Source: an uncultured Alphaproteobacteria bacterium
GTDB lineage: Bacteria > Pseudomonadota > Alphaproteobacteria > RF32 > CAG-239
Length of the DNA stretch: 53,675 nt
Assembly (NCBI GenBank): GCA_944393715.1
Contig: CALYBB010000050.1
Location: 1-53,675, forward strand
Reading direction: 5' to 3'
Of this stretch, positions 28,795 to 39,800 are shown one piece after another. The notes below the pieces were generated by a model. It made no database searches. It was not told where the DNA came from and saw only the letters and a program-made list of their open reading frames with translations. Made by a program: the position numbers and the translations under genes. Each line of letters starts with the position of its first letter. Position 1 is the first letter of the stretch.

Positions 28795-29412
28795 ATGGCC
28801 AGAAAAACAAAGGAAGATGCCGAACAAACCCGTCAGGCAATTCTCGATTCGGCGTTGCAGACTTTTTATGAAAAAGGTTTTGCTCGTGCCACGTTTGACG
28901 AGATCGCCAAGCGCATAAATCTCACTAAAGGGGCGGTTTATTGGCATTTCCGCAATAAAACGGATTTGATTGCCGCATTAATACAACAAAAAATATCCGA
29001 TCACCGCAGGGTAACGCCGGTTATCAGCTTAGAAAATTTGGCAGAGCTTCGGCAGGCAGTAGTCAGTCGTTCAAAAAATATTGAACACGATGCGGACTAT
29101 CGCCGCTTCGTATTTTTTATGATCTATCGCATGGAGTGGTCGGAGGCGGTGCTTGCCAAAGTCTGGCCGGAAATCGGTGAGTTGGTAGAGTTGCCCGAAA
29201 AAATATTGTGCGAAGCCTTGCAAAAGATGCAAAAACAAGGCGAAATAAAAAAAGATGTTGATATTCCTGTGTTGCGAGACACTCTGGTCAGTTTGTGGAA
29301 AGGAATTTTAGGTAAATATGTTGCCGGCTACCAAGCTAAAGAGAGCCTTTCGGAAATGGTAGGCAAAAGTTTTGATATGGTAATTAATAGTGTGAAGGTG
29401 GAGAAGAAATAA
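28795..29412 (+). CDS. acrR: TetR/AcrR family repressor
   Basis: MARKTKEDAEQTRQAILDSA...TKGAVYWHFRNK, the AcrR-type N-terminus. Confidence 0.9.
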   Translation: MARKTKEDAEQTRQAILDSALQTFYEKGFARATFDEIAKRINLTKGAVYWHFRNKTDLIAALIQQKISDHRRVTPVISLENLAELRQAVVSRSKNIEHDADYRRFVFFMIYRMEWSEAVLAKVWPEIGELVELPEKILCEALQKMQKQGEIKKDVDIPVLRDTLVSLWKGILGKYVAGYQAKESLSEMVGKSFDMVINSVKVEKK

Positions 29413-29413
29413 A

Positions 29414-30571
29414 ATGCAGGTTGTAAAAGTACAAAAAAGAAAAATTGTTTTGAATTTTCTGATAATCCTTTTTTGCATCAGCTTGGGCTGGTACTTAAAA
29501 GCCAAACTGACGCCCCAGACTGGTGCCGCAGCCGGAGCAGCCGGCAGCCTGCCGCATGTTTTGGTTGAAGAGGCAATAAAAACGGACGTTTCGCCGCAGA
29601 AAAAATATATTGCCGAGGTTGAAGCAATTAAGAGTGTTGACTTGATTCCTCAGGTTTCCGGCTATGTTGACCAGGTCTTGTTCCAGGAAGGTTCCGTCGT
29701 CAAAGAAGGTGACATTTTGTTTGTGATAGAACAAGATCGTTATATCGCCAATGTCGACTTGGCCAAGGCAGCTCTGGCCAGTGCCAAAGCCAATCTGGTC
29801 AAAACCGAGCGTGACTACAAGCGCCAAAAAGCCTTGAGCAGTCAGCAATACGCATCAAAATCAACTCTGGATACGGCCGAAAGCGCCTATCTGCAGGCCA
29901 AGGCTGCCGTAACCCAGGCCGAGGCCAATTTGGAACTGGCCAAGATTGATATGGAGCATACCGAGATCAAAGCGCCGTTTACCGGCTTGATTGGTAAAGC
30001 CGAAATCACCGAAGGCAACTACGTTAGTTCCAATAGTCAGACACTGGCGCGTATTATCCAAACGTCTCCAATTCGGATTGCCTTTTCGGTTCCGGACAAA
30101 GATGCTTATATGTTCCGTGATTTTAATACCAGCGGTTTAAAAACCCGTCTGTTGATGCCGGACGGTTCAATCTTGAATGAAAATATGACCTCGTTCTTTG
30201 TCAACAACGAGATTAATATCAACACGGCGACGCTTCCGGTTTATCTGGAATATGCCAATGCCAAGCGTGATTTGCTTGCCGGTGGTTATGTCAACGTCAT
30301 TTTGTCATCGGCCAAAGAAACGCCGGCGGTAATTATCAATCCGGCGGCAGTTATGCAAGATGCCAATGGCGCTTATGTCTATACGGTTGATGCCGAAGGC
30401 AAGGTTACCGAACAAAGAGTTCAGCTCGACGGTATGTTTGATGACAAACAGATTGTCTTATCTGGTCTTGAAGGACATGAAAAAGTTATCGTCAGTGGTC
30501 TGCAAAAAGTAACCGACGGTGCGACGGTTCGAGCCAGTCTGGTGTCCAACACAACTGAGGAGGCCAAATAA
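29414..30571 (+). CDS. RND efflux membrane fusion protein (AcrA-like)
   Basis: PQVSG, EGSVVKEGDILF and IKAPFTG lipoyl/hairpin motifs. Confidence 0.93.
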   Translation: MQVVKVQKRKIVLNFLIILFCISLGWYLKAKLTPQTGAAAGAAGSLPHVLVEEAIKTDVSPQKKYIAEVEAIKSVDLIPQVSGYVDQVLFQEGSVVKEGDILFVIEQDRYIANVDLAKAALASAKANLVKTERDYKRQKALSSQQYASKSTLDTAESAYLQAKAAVTQAEANLELAKIDMEHTEIKAPFTGLIGKAEITEGNYVSSNSQTLARIIQTSPIRIAFSVPDKDAYMFRDFNTSGLKTRLLMPDGSILNENMTSFFVNNEININTATLPVYLEYANAKRDLLAGGYVNVILSSAKETPAVIINPAAVMQDANGAYVYTVDAEGKVTEQRVQLDGMFDDKQIVLSGLEGHEKVIVSGLQKVTDGATVRASLVSNTTEEAK

Positions 30572-30573
30572 AT

Positions 30574-33500
30574 ATGTTTTCAAGAATTTTTATTGAACGC
30601 CCGCGTTTCGCGATGGTTATTTCCATCGTGTTGTCTATCGCGGGGCTTATTTCTGTCTTCTCGTTGCCGATTGCCTTGTATCCGGAAATTACGCCTCCGG
30701 AGATCGTCGTTTCGGCGACCTATCCGGGCGCCTCGGCAGAAGTTGTCGCGCGTACGGTCGGTATCCCGCTGGAAGAGCAGATTAATGGTGTTGAAGACAT
30801 GATTTATATGTCTTCATCGTCGGAAGACTCTTCGTATCAGCTGACAATTACCTTTAAGGTCGGCACTGATTCCGATATGGCACAGGTTAAGGTGCAAAAC
30901 CGTATCCAACAGGCGACTTCGATGCTGCCGACGGAAGTGCAGCGCCAAGGCCTGACGGTGCGCAGTCGCTCGTCAAATATTTTAGGCTTTGTCTCGGTAT
31001 TTTCACCGGACAACAGCCTAAACAGCAACGAACTCTCGGACTATGTCCAAAACAACATGAAAAACAGCTTGTCGCGTGTGGATGGTGTTGGCGAGGTTAA
31101 TGTCTATTCCGCCAGCCTAAGCATGCGCGTCTGGCTCGATGCCGATAAGATCGCCTCATTAAATTTGCCGATCGAAACCATTGTTTCAGCCATCGAAGGG
31201 CAAAACTATCAGCCTTCTTTAGGTAAAGTCGGCGCCATGCCCGGCGACGGCAAGCAGCAAATGGTTTATGCTTTGCAAACTCAAGGCCGTGTTAATGAGG
31301 TCGAAGACTTCAAAAACATCATTGTCCGCACCGCGGAAGAAGGCGGTATGGTTCGCTTAAAAGATATCGCCCGCATTGAAATAGGGGAGGAGTCATATCG
31401 TGCGGCATCATCCTATAACGGCGTGCCAAACGTGGCCATCGCCATTAACCAGTTAACCGGTGCCAATGCTCTGGACGCCATGAAAAATCTAAAAATCGAA
31501 CTGGAAAGACTAAAAGCCAATTTCCCCGAAGGTGTTGACTATCTGATCGGTTATGACTCGACCGAATACATTCGCGCATCGATCGAAGAGGTGGTCTTAA
31601 CCTTGTTCTTTACCTTTGGTTTGGTTATCTTGGTTTGTTATGTCTTTCTGCAAGACTGGCGCTCAACCCTTATCCCGTTGCTGACCATTCCGGTATCGTT
31701 GTTGGCAACCTTTGCCGTGATGCTGGTTTGCGGTTACAGCTTGAATATGTTAACTTTGTTCGGATTGGTTCTGGCAATTGGTTTGGTGGTGGACGACGCC
31801 ATCGTGGTGGTGGAGCGTGTTTTGTTCCTGATGGCGGAAGAAAATCTTTCGCCGAAGGAAGCGACGATCAAAGCCATGGAGCAGATTTCCGGAGCAGTTG
31901 TTGCGACAACCATGGTGCTGTTGGCGATTTTTGTTCCGGTCGGTTTTATGGGCGGCATCACCGGCAAGATTTATCAGCAATTTGCGGTGTCGATCTCGGT
32001 CTCTGTTGCGTTTTCGGCGTTGAATGCGCTAACGCTGTCGCCGGCGTTGTGCGCCACGCTGCTCAGGCCGTTAAAACCTTTTCAGCACGGGCCTTTGTTC
32101 TGGTTTAATCAGGCGGTGGGAAAAGCACGCGATACCTATGTCGGCATCGTCGGCATCTTTGGCCGCAAGATTGGTGTTGTTGCGGTGGTTTATGGTTTGG
32201 CATTGATTGTTATAGCCGGCATCCTAAACATCAGCCAGACGTCCTTTATCCCGTCGGAAGACCAAGGTGTTATCATGGGCAACATTCAATTGCCAGAAGG
32301 CGCTTCGCGTGAACGCACTACGGCATTTACCAACAAGATTTTGCCGATTATAATGGAAGAACCTGGTGTTGACGCTGTAATGGTTATTAATGGCGTCAGC
32401 ATGATCGGCGGTACCGGCGAAAACGTCGCCATGATGATTGCCACCTTAAAACCGTGGAATCAGCGCAAAGGCGATGAGCTGTATTCGACCAATATTATGA
32501 ACCGCCTGCGTGCTAAAATTGGTGAATATTCCGAGGCCGAGGTACAGATGTTTGAACCGCCAGCCATTATGGGATTAGGCATGAGCGGCGGTATGGATTT
32601 CCGCCTGCAGTCGTTGAATACGGATGATCCTCAGGTCATCGAAGCGGCCTTGTTGTCTTTCTTGAGCAAGATGAATCGCCTGCCTGAGGTTTCTTATGCC
32701 TATACAACCTATACGGCCAAAACGCCGAACGTTTATGTCGATATTGACCGCGTCAAAGCAGAAGCGCTGAAGGTCGGCGTCGGCAGCATTTTCTCAACCT
32801 TGCAGTACTATCTGGGGTCAGCCTATATCAACGACGTCAACTTTGGTACGCAGGTTAACAAGGTTATGGTGCAGGCCGATTGGAAAAATCGCAAGGATAT
32901 TGAATCGATTAAAGACCTTCATGTCCAGAGCCAGAACGGCGAGATGGTTCCGCTCGGCAGCGTCGTTTCGCTGAGCAAAGTTTTGTCGCCGCGCGTGGTT
33001 ACCCGTTACAACCAATATCCATCAGCCACTATTACCGCGGTACAAAACCCTGCGGTCAGTACCGGTGAGGCCATGGCCGCGGTTGAAAAATTAGCGCAAG
33101 ACATGCCGGACGGTTTTGGCTATGAGTGGTCAGGCATCAGCTATCAGGAGAAGAGCTCTCAGGGGCAAATCGGTTACCTGATTGCTCTGGCGATTTTGTT
33201 TGGTTATTTGTTCCTGGTGGCTCAGTACGAGAGCTGGATTACGCCGCTGCCGGTGTTGACTTCCGTGGCGGTAGCAATGCTCGGTGCTCTGGTCGGGTTG
33301 TTTATCACCGGTCTGCCGTTGAGTATTTACGCGCAGTTAGGTCTGATCCTGCTAGTCGGTCTGGCCAGTAAAAACGCCATTTTGATTGTTGAGTTTGCCA
33401 AGGAAGAACACGAAAAAGGCGCCTCTCTGGTCAAATCGGCCATGACCGGAACCAAAGAGAGGTATCGTGCCGTGTTGATGACAGCCTTTACCTTCATTTT

Positions 33501-33684
33501 GGGTGTATTTCCGATGATTGTAGCGACCGGCGCCGGCGCGGCCAGCCGTGTTGCCATCGGCGTGCCGGTTTTCTACGGCATGTTGGTGGGAACGGCGCTG
33601 GGGCTGTTGGTTATTCCGCTTTTGTATGTTTTGTTTGAAACAATATACCAAAAGCTTTCAGGCAAGGACAAAAACAATAAATAA
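30574..33684 (+). CDS. RND efflux permease (AcrB/BepE-like, HAE1)
   Basis: FIERPRFA, GLVVDDAIVVVE, KNAILIVEFA and RAVLMT. Confidence 0.96.
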   Translation: MFSRIFIERPRFAMVISIVLSIAGLISVFSLPIALYPEITPPEIVVSATYPGASAEVVARTVGIPLEEQINGVEDMIYMSSSSEDSSYQLTITFKVGTDSDMAQVKVQNRIQQATSMLPTEVQRQGLTVRSRSSNILGFVSVFSPDNSLNSNELSDYVQNNMKNSLSRVDGVGEVNVYSASLSMRVWLDADKIASLNLPIETIVSAIEGQNYQPSLGKVGAMPGDGKQQMVYALQTQGRVNEVEDFKNIIVRTAEEGGMVRLKDIARIEIGEESYRAASSYNGVPNVAIAINQLTGANALDAMKNLKIELERLKANFPEGVDYLIGYDSTEYIRASIEEVVLTLFFTFGLVILVCYVFLQDWRSTLIPLLTIPVSLLATFAVMLVCGYSLNMLTLFGLVLAIGLVVDDAIVVVERVLFLMAEENLSPKEATIKAMEQISGAVVATTMVLLAIFVPVGFMGGITGKIYQQFAVSISVSVAFSALNALTLSPALCATLLRPLKPFQHGPLFWFNQAVGKARDTYVGIVGIFGRKIGVVAVVYGLALIVIAGILNISQTSFIPSEDQGVIMGNIQLPEGASRERTTAFTNKILPIIMEEPGVDAVMVINGVSMIGGTGENVAMMIATLKPWNQRKGDELYSTNIMNRLRAKIGEYSEAEVQMFEPPAIMGLGMSGGMDFRLQSLNTDDPQVIEAALLSFLSKMNRLPEVSYAYTTYTAKTPNVYVDIDRVKAEALKVGVGSIFSTLQYYLGSAYINDVNFGTQVNKVMVQADWKNRKDIESIKDLHVQSQNGEMVPLGSVVSLSKVLSPRVVTRYNQYPSATITAVQNPAVSTGEAMAAVEKLAQDMPDGFGYEWSGISYQEKSSQGQIGYLIALAILFGYLFLVAQYESWITPLPVLTSVAVAMLGALVGLFITGLPLSIYAQLGLILLVGLASKNAILIVEFAKEEHEKGASLVKSAMTGTKERYRAVLMTAFTFILGVFPMIVATGAGAASRVAIGVPVFYGMLVGTALGLLVIPLLYVLFETIYQKLSGKDKNNK

Positions 33685-33693
33685 CCTTTATCC

Positions 33694-33724
33694 AAAAGCC
33701 ATCGTTCAAACGGTGGCTTTTTTT
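33694..33724 (+). terminator. Terminator after the RND operon
   Basis: aaaagccatcg-ttcaaa-cggtggcttttttt. Confidence 0.85.
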
Positions 33725-33837
33725 GTCAAATTTAGCTAAGAAACATTGCAAAACTTGAGGAATCTTATTGCAAATAAAGGGATAATAATTATTATATAGG
33801 CAAAATACCTTTTTAAAACGCGGGATAAATAGGCATA

Positions 33838-36800
33838 ATGTCTCGAATTAAAATAATATTTTATGCAGCTTTAGCTCTAATTGTCGGTAGTCATGAAGGT
33901 TATGGTGCCGTCCGCCCGATTACTGAGGCCGGAAACGGTTTTGCCGTGTTCGGGACGGCCGTTCCGCAGCGTCAGAGCAGCGAAGGCTGTGGGGATATAG
34001 CGGCCTGCACGACAAGCTGTAGCCTGAGCGATAATGCCACAGGCTACCAATGCGAAGAGGCAGGACAATGTTGCGACAATGGTCAAGTCGTTCCGGCTTA
34101 TAAATGTCCGGCAGACTTCCGATACGACGCGTCGGTAGATTATCCAAAAGAAGCTGATTTCCAAATCTGTACGGGCACTAATACCGGCGGCTACGACGGC
34201 CGTTGGGCCACTAAGGATCCGGAGGCGTGTTCCAATTGGACGGACAATGGGACATATCTGACTAAATTATCTACAAATTCTAGCTGCGATGGGAACTGGG
34301 GAGAACACTATGTGTGTATTTACAGTGGCCAAACCAGAGATTTTTGCGTATTGAACCGAACAATCGGACTACAAAAGTGTCCGGACAATAATAATTACAC
34401 AACCACCCCCCAACAATGTTCAGGGGGCTACAACTCGGCGCTGTGTTACGTTGACTGCGGAAACGGTATGTTTTGTGAGGGCTATACCTGCGATCTGGGC
34501 AATATACCAAATTGCAATGATCTGATTAAAGAAAAGCGGGAGCAGGGTATTCTATACCCCACCAGCTTGGGCGATTCCGGCAGCAGTTTGAGACCTTATG
34601 CTTGTTTGGATCAGGGGGTTGAAAAATTTATCGGCTTCGGCATGGACAAAGACGGCAATGAATGCCACGGCGAATACCCGATCGAAGATGAGTATACATG
34701 TGAGGAAGGCAACGGAAAAAACGCAAACACCTGTAAAGTTGATGGAGGCACTGATCGTTATCGTTGTGGTTGCAATTATGAGGGAGAGCCCCAAACATAC
34801 AAAACGCTGCAAGAACACTGCGGAAACAATGCCACCTGTCTGCAGACCAATTACGGAACCGGTACGTTGTGCACAGCCGATAAAGATGCAGACGGCAATG
34901 CTTTGTACAAATATGAGACTTTTGAATCCGAAATAGAATTGTGTTCTGTTTTGGAGCAGACATCTATCCTAACAGATCTGGACGGCGGGACGTGCGAACC
35001 AGTTAAAGATGATGTTTACGAAGATATAACCTATCCTTTATTAAAAGTTCAATGTCGCATCCTGCATGAAGATACTTACGAAACGGAAATCCTTGATAAA
35101 TGTCAGGGCTGCCTCGCGTTGCGGGATCTTACCGAAGCCGGCGGAACATGTTCTCCCGGAACAGCTCTTGTTTGCCCGTATCAAGCGGCAGGCTCATCTC
35201 CGGTGGCGGCAGGATGCCAGTGTCCGGCTGATGACGGCTGGATGACCATTGCGCAATGGTGCGAAGCTAACGGCAGCGATATAGATAATTGCCAATCAAT
35301 CATTGCAGGAAAAGGCGAAGAATGCCAAATTGCTTTGTTTGACGGGAGTTATACGGACGGAGGCTATTATAAAGAATTTGAGTGCGGCGAAGGCTATCAG
35401 ACATTGGCAGAATTTTGCGCAGCCAATCCGGATATTTCCGAAAATCACAACTGTGAAACAGACTATATTGGTCTGGGAGCCGTTTGCAAAGCAGAAAGCC
35501 CCGATGATGAAAAAGGCTGGAAGTACAGAGGCTTTGGCTTGTCCTGTTCGGCGCTGCCGGAGGAATCCGTCATGAGCGACACGGAAAATTGCCTTCTGGA
35601 AGGAGAAGAAGAGGCCTATTACGAAGCCTGTTATGAAAAAGTTGAAGGAGAGCTTCCGGTTGAAAAATATGTCTGTAAATGTCCGCCGAGCTACGGAACA
35701 GAGTGCGAAAATGATTACGAAATTCGCGGTGGTACAAAGTGTGTTTTCGATTATGATGCCGCAGGCAGCTCAATAACCAAATATGCCCAATGCTATCTCG
35801 TCTGCGGTCATGAATATGCTTCGGCCTCTTCGGCGACGGCTTATGGATGTCCGGAAATTTTCGGCGATTATGTGTCTTCGATTCGCGGCGGAACTTCAAA
35901 TCCTGAGATGTGTGCCGTCTCGGACAGTCGAGAGTTGAGTTATATCTGCGGTTGCCCTGATAATTTCAAGACAATTGATGAATGGTGCGAAAGCAATTAT
36001 AAAGACGAAGGTTTGGATTCTGCGTCCGAGTGTATAAGCAGTTATAACGGTATCGGTACATCCTGTAGCAGGGACATCAAAACCGATGCAGATGGAAAAC
36101 CGGTTGAAGTCCTGACCAAATATGCCGGCTATGCCCGTTATTGCCCGACAGATAGGCCTCTTTACTACGGCGAAGAGGACTGTACCTATGCAAGGGGTGA
36201 GTACGCCTACGGCTGTTTGGACAAAGACAATGTTGAAAGAGTCGTATGCCAATGCCCGCTGACATGGTACGCGGTAGACGGCACCGTTCAGGAAGGTGAT
36301 ATTTGCACGACACAGGGCCTCGGCGATCGCAATTTTGAGGCAGAGCCTTCAGGAAATTATTGCGAATTAGATGGCACCGAAGGCATAAAATACGAAGAAT
36401 GCACGGCAAAATGCCAGCCGTTGTTGGAAGAAGTAGCTCTGCCGTCGTCCTACATTTATTTGGATGCATCGACCTCAACGCCGACGCAGAATATGTGTGC
36501 CAAAGAGCTGGGCAACGGTGCCGTTTTGGGATACGGCAATCAGGCTTATTGTTCTCAAAACAATACAAAGATGTATCCTTGTTATTGTCCGGCAGACTTT
36601 AGAGAATGCCTCAAAGAAGAAAACCAAGAGGCAGCAAAAGATGCAACATCCTGCAGTATCAACGGCGTAACATATTGGAGTGAGTGTGTTCCGATTGCCT
36701 GCGAAACACCGGGACCAAATTTAGCGGTGGTTGATATATCAACGGATGTTGAAGCAGTTTTTGGCGCAGGGGCAGAATTCCGAATTTGCTCGTCCGGAGA

Positions 36801-39800
36801 TAAGGTCATGAAGCAGGTCAGCTGCGATACGTCAGTCTATACCGACACCTGTGAATATCCGTATGAAGCGCCTAAAGACGGTAGTTGGTGCAGATACAAT
36901 ACCTCCGGTTCTATGGAAAGCGGCTCCCAATATTATCAGGCCGGCGCCTGTCAGGTCAAAAAAGTCCTTGGTGCCTGTGGTCAAAACATCATCGAAGGAG
37001 AAACAACACGGACGGATTATGCCATCTTTGTTGCTCCATCCGAGAGTGAATGTTCTGCTTTATATGGCCCCGGCGTTTCAGCTCAGCTGTGTGAGTATGG
37101 GGCAGATCAGGGCTACAAGCGTGCCTACAACTGCTACTACGATCCTGATGAATTTAAATACACAACGGCCAACTGTGCTGTTCGGCATAATTTAGGCGGC
37201 GACTATGTCATCGTCAACGGCCAAAAAAGATGGCGTGAATGCAATTGTTCAAGCGCCTACCAGCATCATAAATTTAATTGCGGCGGTTTGCTGTCCGGCA
37301 ACACCTGCCAGCAGGAAATTACTCGGTCGTTGATTGCCTCTGATCCAACGCTTGACGAAAGCATGCTGGGTCAGACACTGCCTTTTTATCCTTATTGCGA
37401 ATGTTCGGCCGATTATACCGAAGTTTGTGATGAAGACGGCAGCGGGCGCTATAAAGGGGTCGGGCAAGCCTGCAACGGTAAGTACAAGTCCTGCGAATGC
37501 GTTCCCGACGAATTACCGTTAAATTGGGCGGATAATTATTATGGCTGCCCTGGAGGCCGAAAACCAACCGGTGTTTGGAAAGACAATGGGTGTGGGCGTA
37601 AATATTACCAGTGTTCGGTTATTGAATGCAGCTGGGAATACACTGAAATGTGCAATGCGCCTCAGATTCCTGTCGGGCAGCCGTGTCAGGATAATCAGGG
37701 AAATATCGGCGGTTACAAAGCTTGCGCTTGTCCGTCGGAATATAAGCTTTGCCCCGAAGGACAGGTCGGACAGGGCGAGCCATGCAATCTGAAAGGTGTC
37801 TCTTATTATAAAAGCTGCAAAGAAGAAGAAACCTGCAGTTCCACGGTGAACAATACTTGTTCTGGCCCATTGCAGATAGGTATTAATCCCTGTGTTCGCG
37901 ACGATATAACTTATTATGAGCGCTGTGTTTGTGCCAACGGCTATTCGGAAGTTTGCGGCGACGGAGAGGTCGGGGTCGGAAATTATTGCGAGCTTGACGG
38001 TGTCAAATACTACAAAGAATGTGCCAAACCGGAGAAAAATCTGTGCACCCCAGGTCATGTAACGGCTTGTGGAACCAACCAAGAAAGCTATTCGCCGTGT
38101 ACCGAAATTAGCGAGGACGGTCGGCCAGTCGTCAAATATTTGTGCCGTTGTCCGGGAAATTGGAAGTCGTGCGATTCCGGCAGTGGAGAAAAGTGTGTTC
38201 AGAAGAATTCGGATGGTTCAGAAACAACATATTGGAGCGAATGTAACGCACAGGCAGATACTTGTTCCGAATATCAGGAGCAAACTTATCAGGTGTGTAC
38301 TTCTGCCCAAATCGGCGACGGAGGCAGCTGCGCCTCAACAATTGAAAACAGTGACGGGTCATCGGAAACGGTAATTAAATATGCAAGCTGTCAGGATACC
38401 ACCAACTGCCTGACAAACGGTTTCAAATATTCTTGTTCGGGTTATGATCCCGCCACACTTGGCGAATTTTGTGTTGATGCCAATGGCAACCGGCTGTATA
38501 AGGAATGTCCGTGTCCATCCGGTTATACGACTTGTAACGGCATAAATACCTCAAAAGGAAAGCGCTGCACGCCGCTTTTAGCAGATGGCAGTTTTGGCCC
38601 GACGGTTTATGCTTCCTGTGAGTGTGATCAATCAAAATATAAATACACTTGTCAAGCAGAAGAAAGCGGCAATGTCGGCATCATACCGCCAGATACACAA
38701 GATTATTGCGAAATTACCGAAAAAGTAACCCAAACCAGTACCGATCCCGAAACCGGCGCAACAGTCAGCTCTACTGAAGAAAAGAAGGTGCGGTATTATG
38801 CATCATGCAAATGCGACAGCGATTACCAATACACTTGCCAAAACAGCAGCAAGGGAGAAAGAGTGCCTGACGATTATAAAAATGACTATTGCGAAATTAA
38901 TTCAACAAAATTTTATAAAGGATGCGATTGCTCCGCTGAGTATAACATAACGGCGGAAGAATGTGCTTTGAATAGTGGGCAAAAAGCCAATTCCGAAGGC
39001 GGATCATGCACAATCAGAGGACTGGTTCCGGAAATCTCTGCCGAAGGGGAAAAAACGTATAAAGCCAAGGAGACTTTATACCAAGGGTGTATTTGCAAAC
39101 CAAGTTATTCGCTGACTTGTACCGGCAACTTTTATGATCAGAGCGACATAGAGGCCTGCACGCTTAACACAAATAGGCCGCTGTATCCACGCTGCCAATG
39201 CTCTGCCGAAGCCCAGAAAAAATGTATAGCCAGCGGCAAAAATCAAGGTGTTATTCCGGACAAGAACACCGTTTGTACGGAAATGATAGCAGACAATTCC
39301 GGCGGCTATACGACCGAAGACAAATACATGGCCTGTACTTGCAAGGATGAATACACGCTGTTTTGTGTCGGTGACGACAAATGGGATCAAAGCAATGAAG
39401 ATTATTGCGATACCGGTGAAGAAGGTGCGGATCGTACATACCGAAAATGCGCCTGCAATAGGCAAATCTACGATAATATGGTCGATATGGGAGGAACGGA
39501 CGCAAAAACTTATTGTGAGAGCCTGGGGATGATCGTCTCCGAAAAAGTCGCGAGTAATGAACAATATTGCACAGAGTATGAAAACTCCCGCGGGACACTT
39601 ATATATCGCTATCGTCCGAACCGAAATTTATGTTGTTCCGGCAGCAATACAGAAGGCTATACTCAACTGGATCCTTCTCCGTACGAAAACCTCACGGAGC
39701 TGATAAAAAGCTATTCGCAGCAAGGGCTTGAGGCAAAAATAAAGAACCTGTGCGGTCATGAATATAATGCGGTCATCATTTTTGATTGCAACGGCTACCC

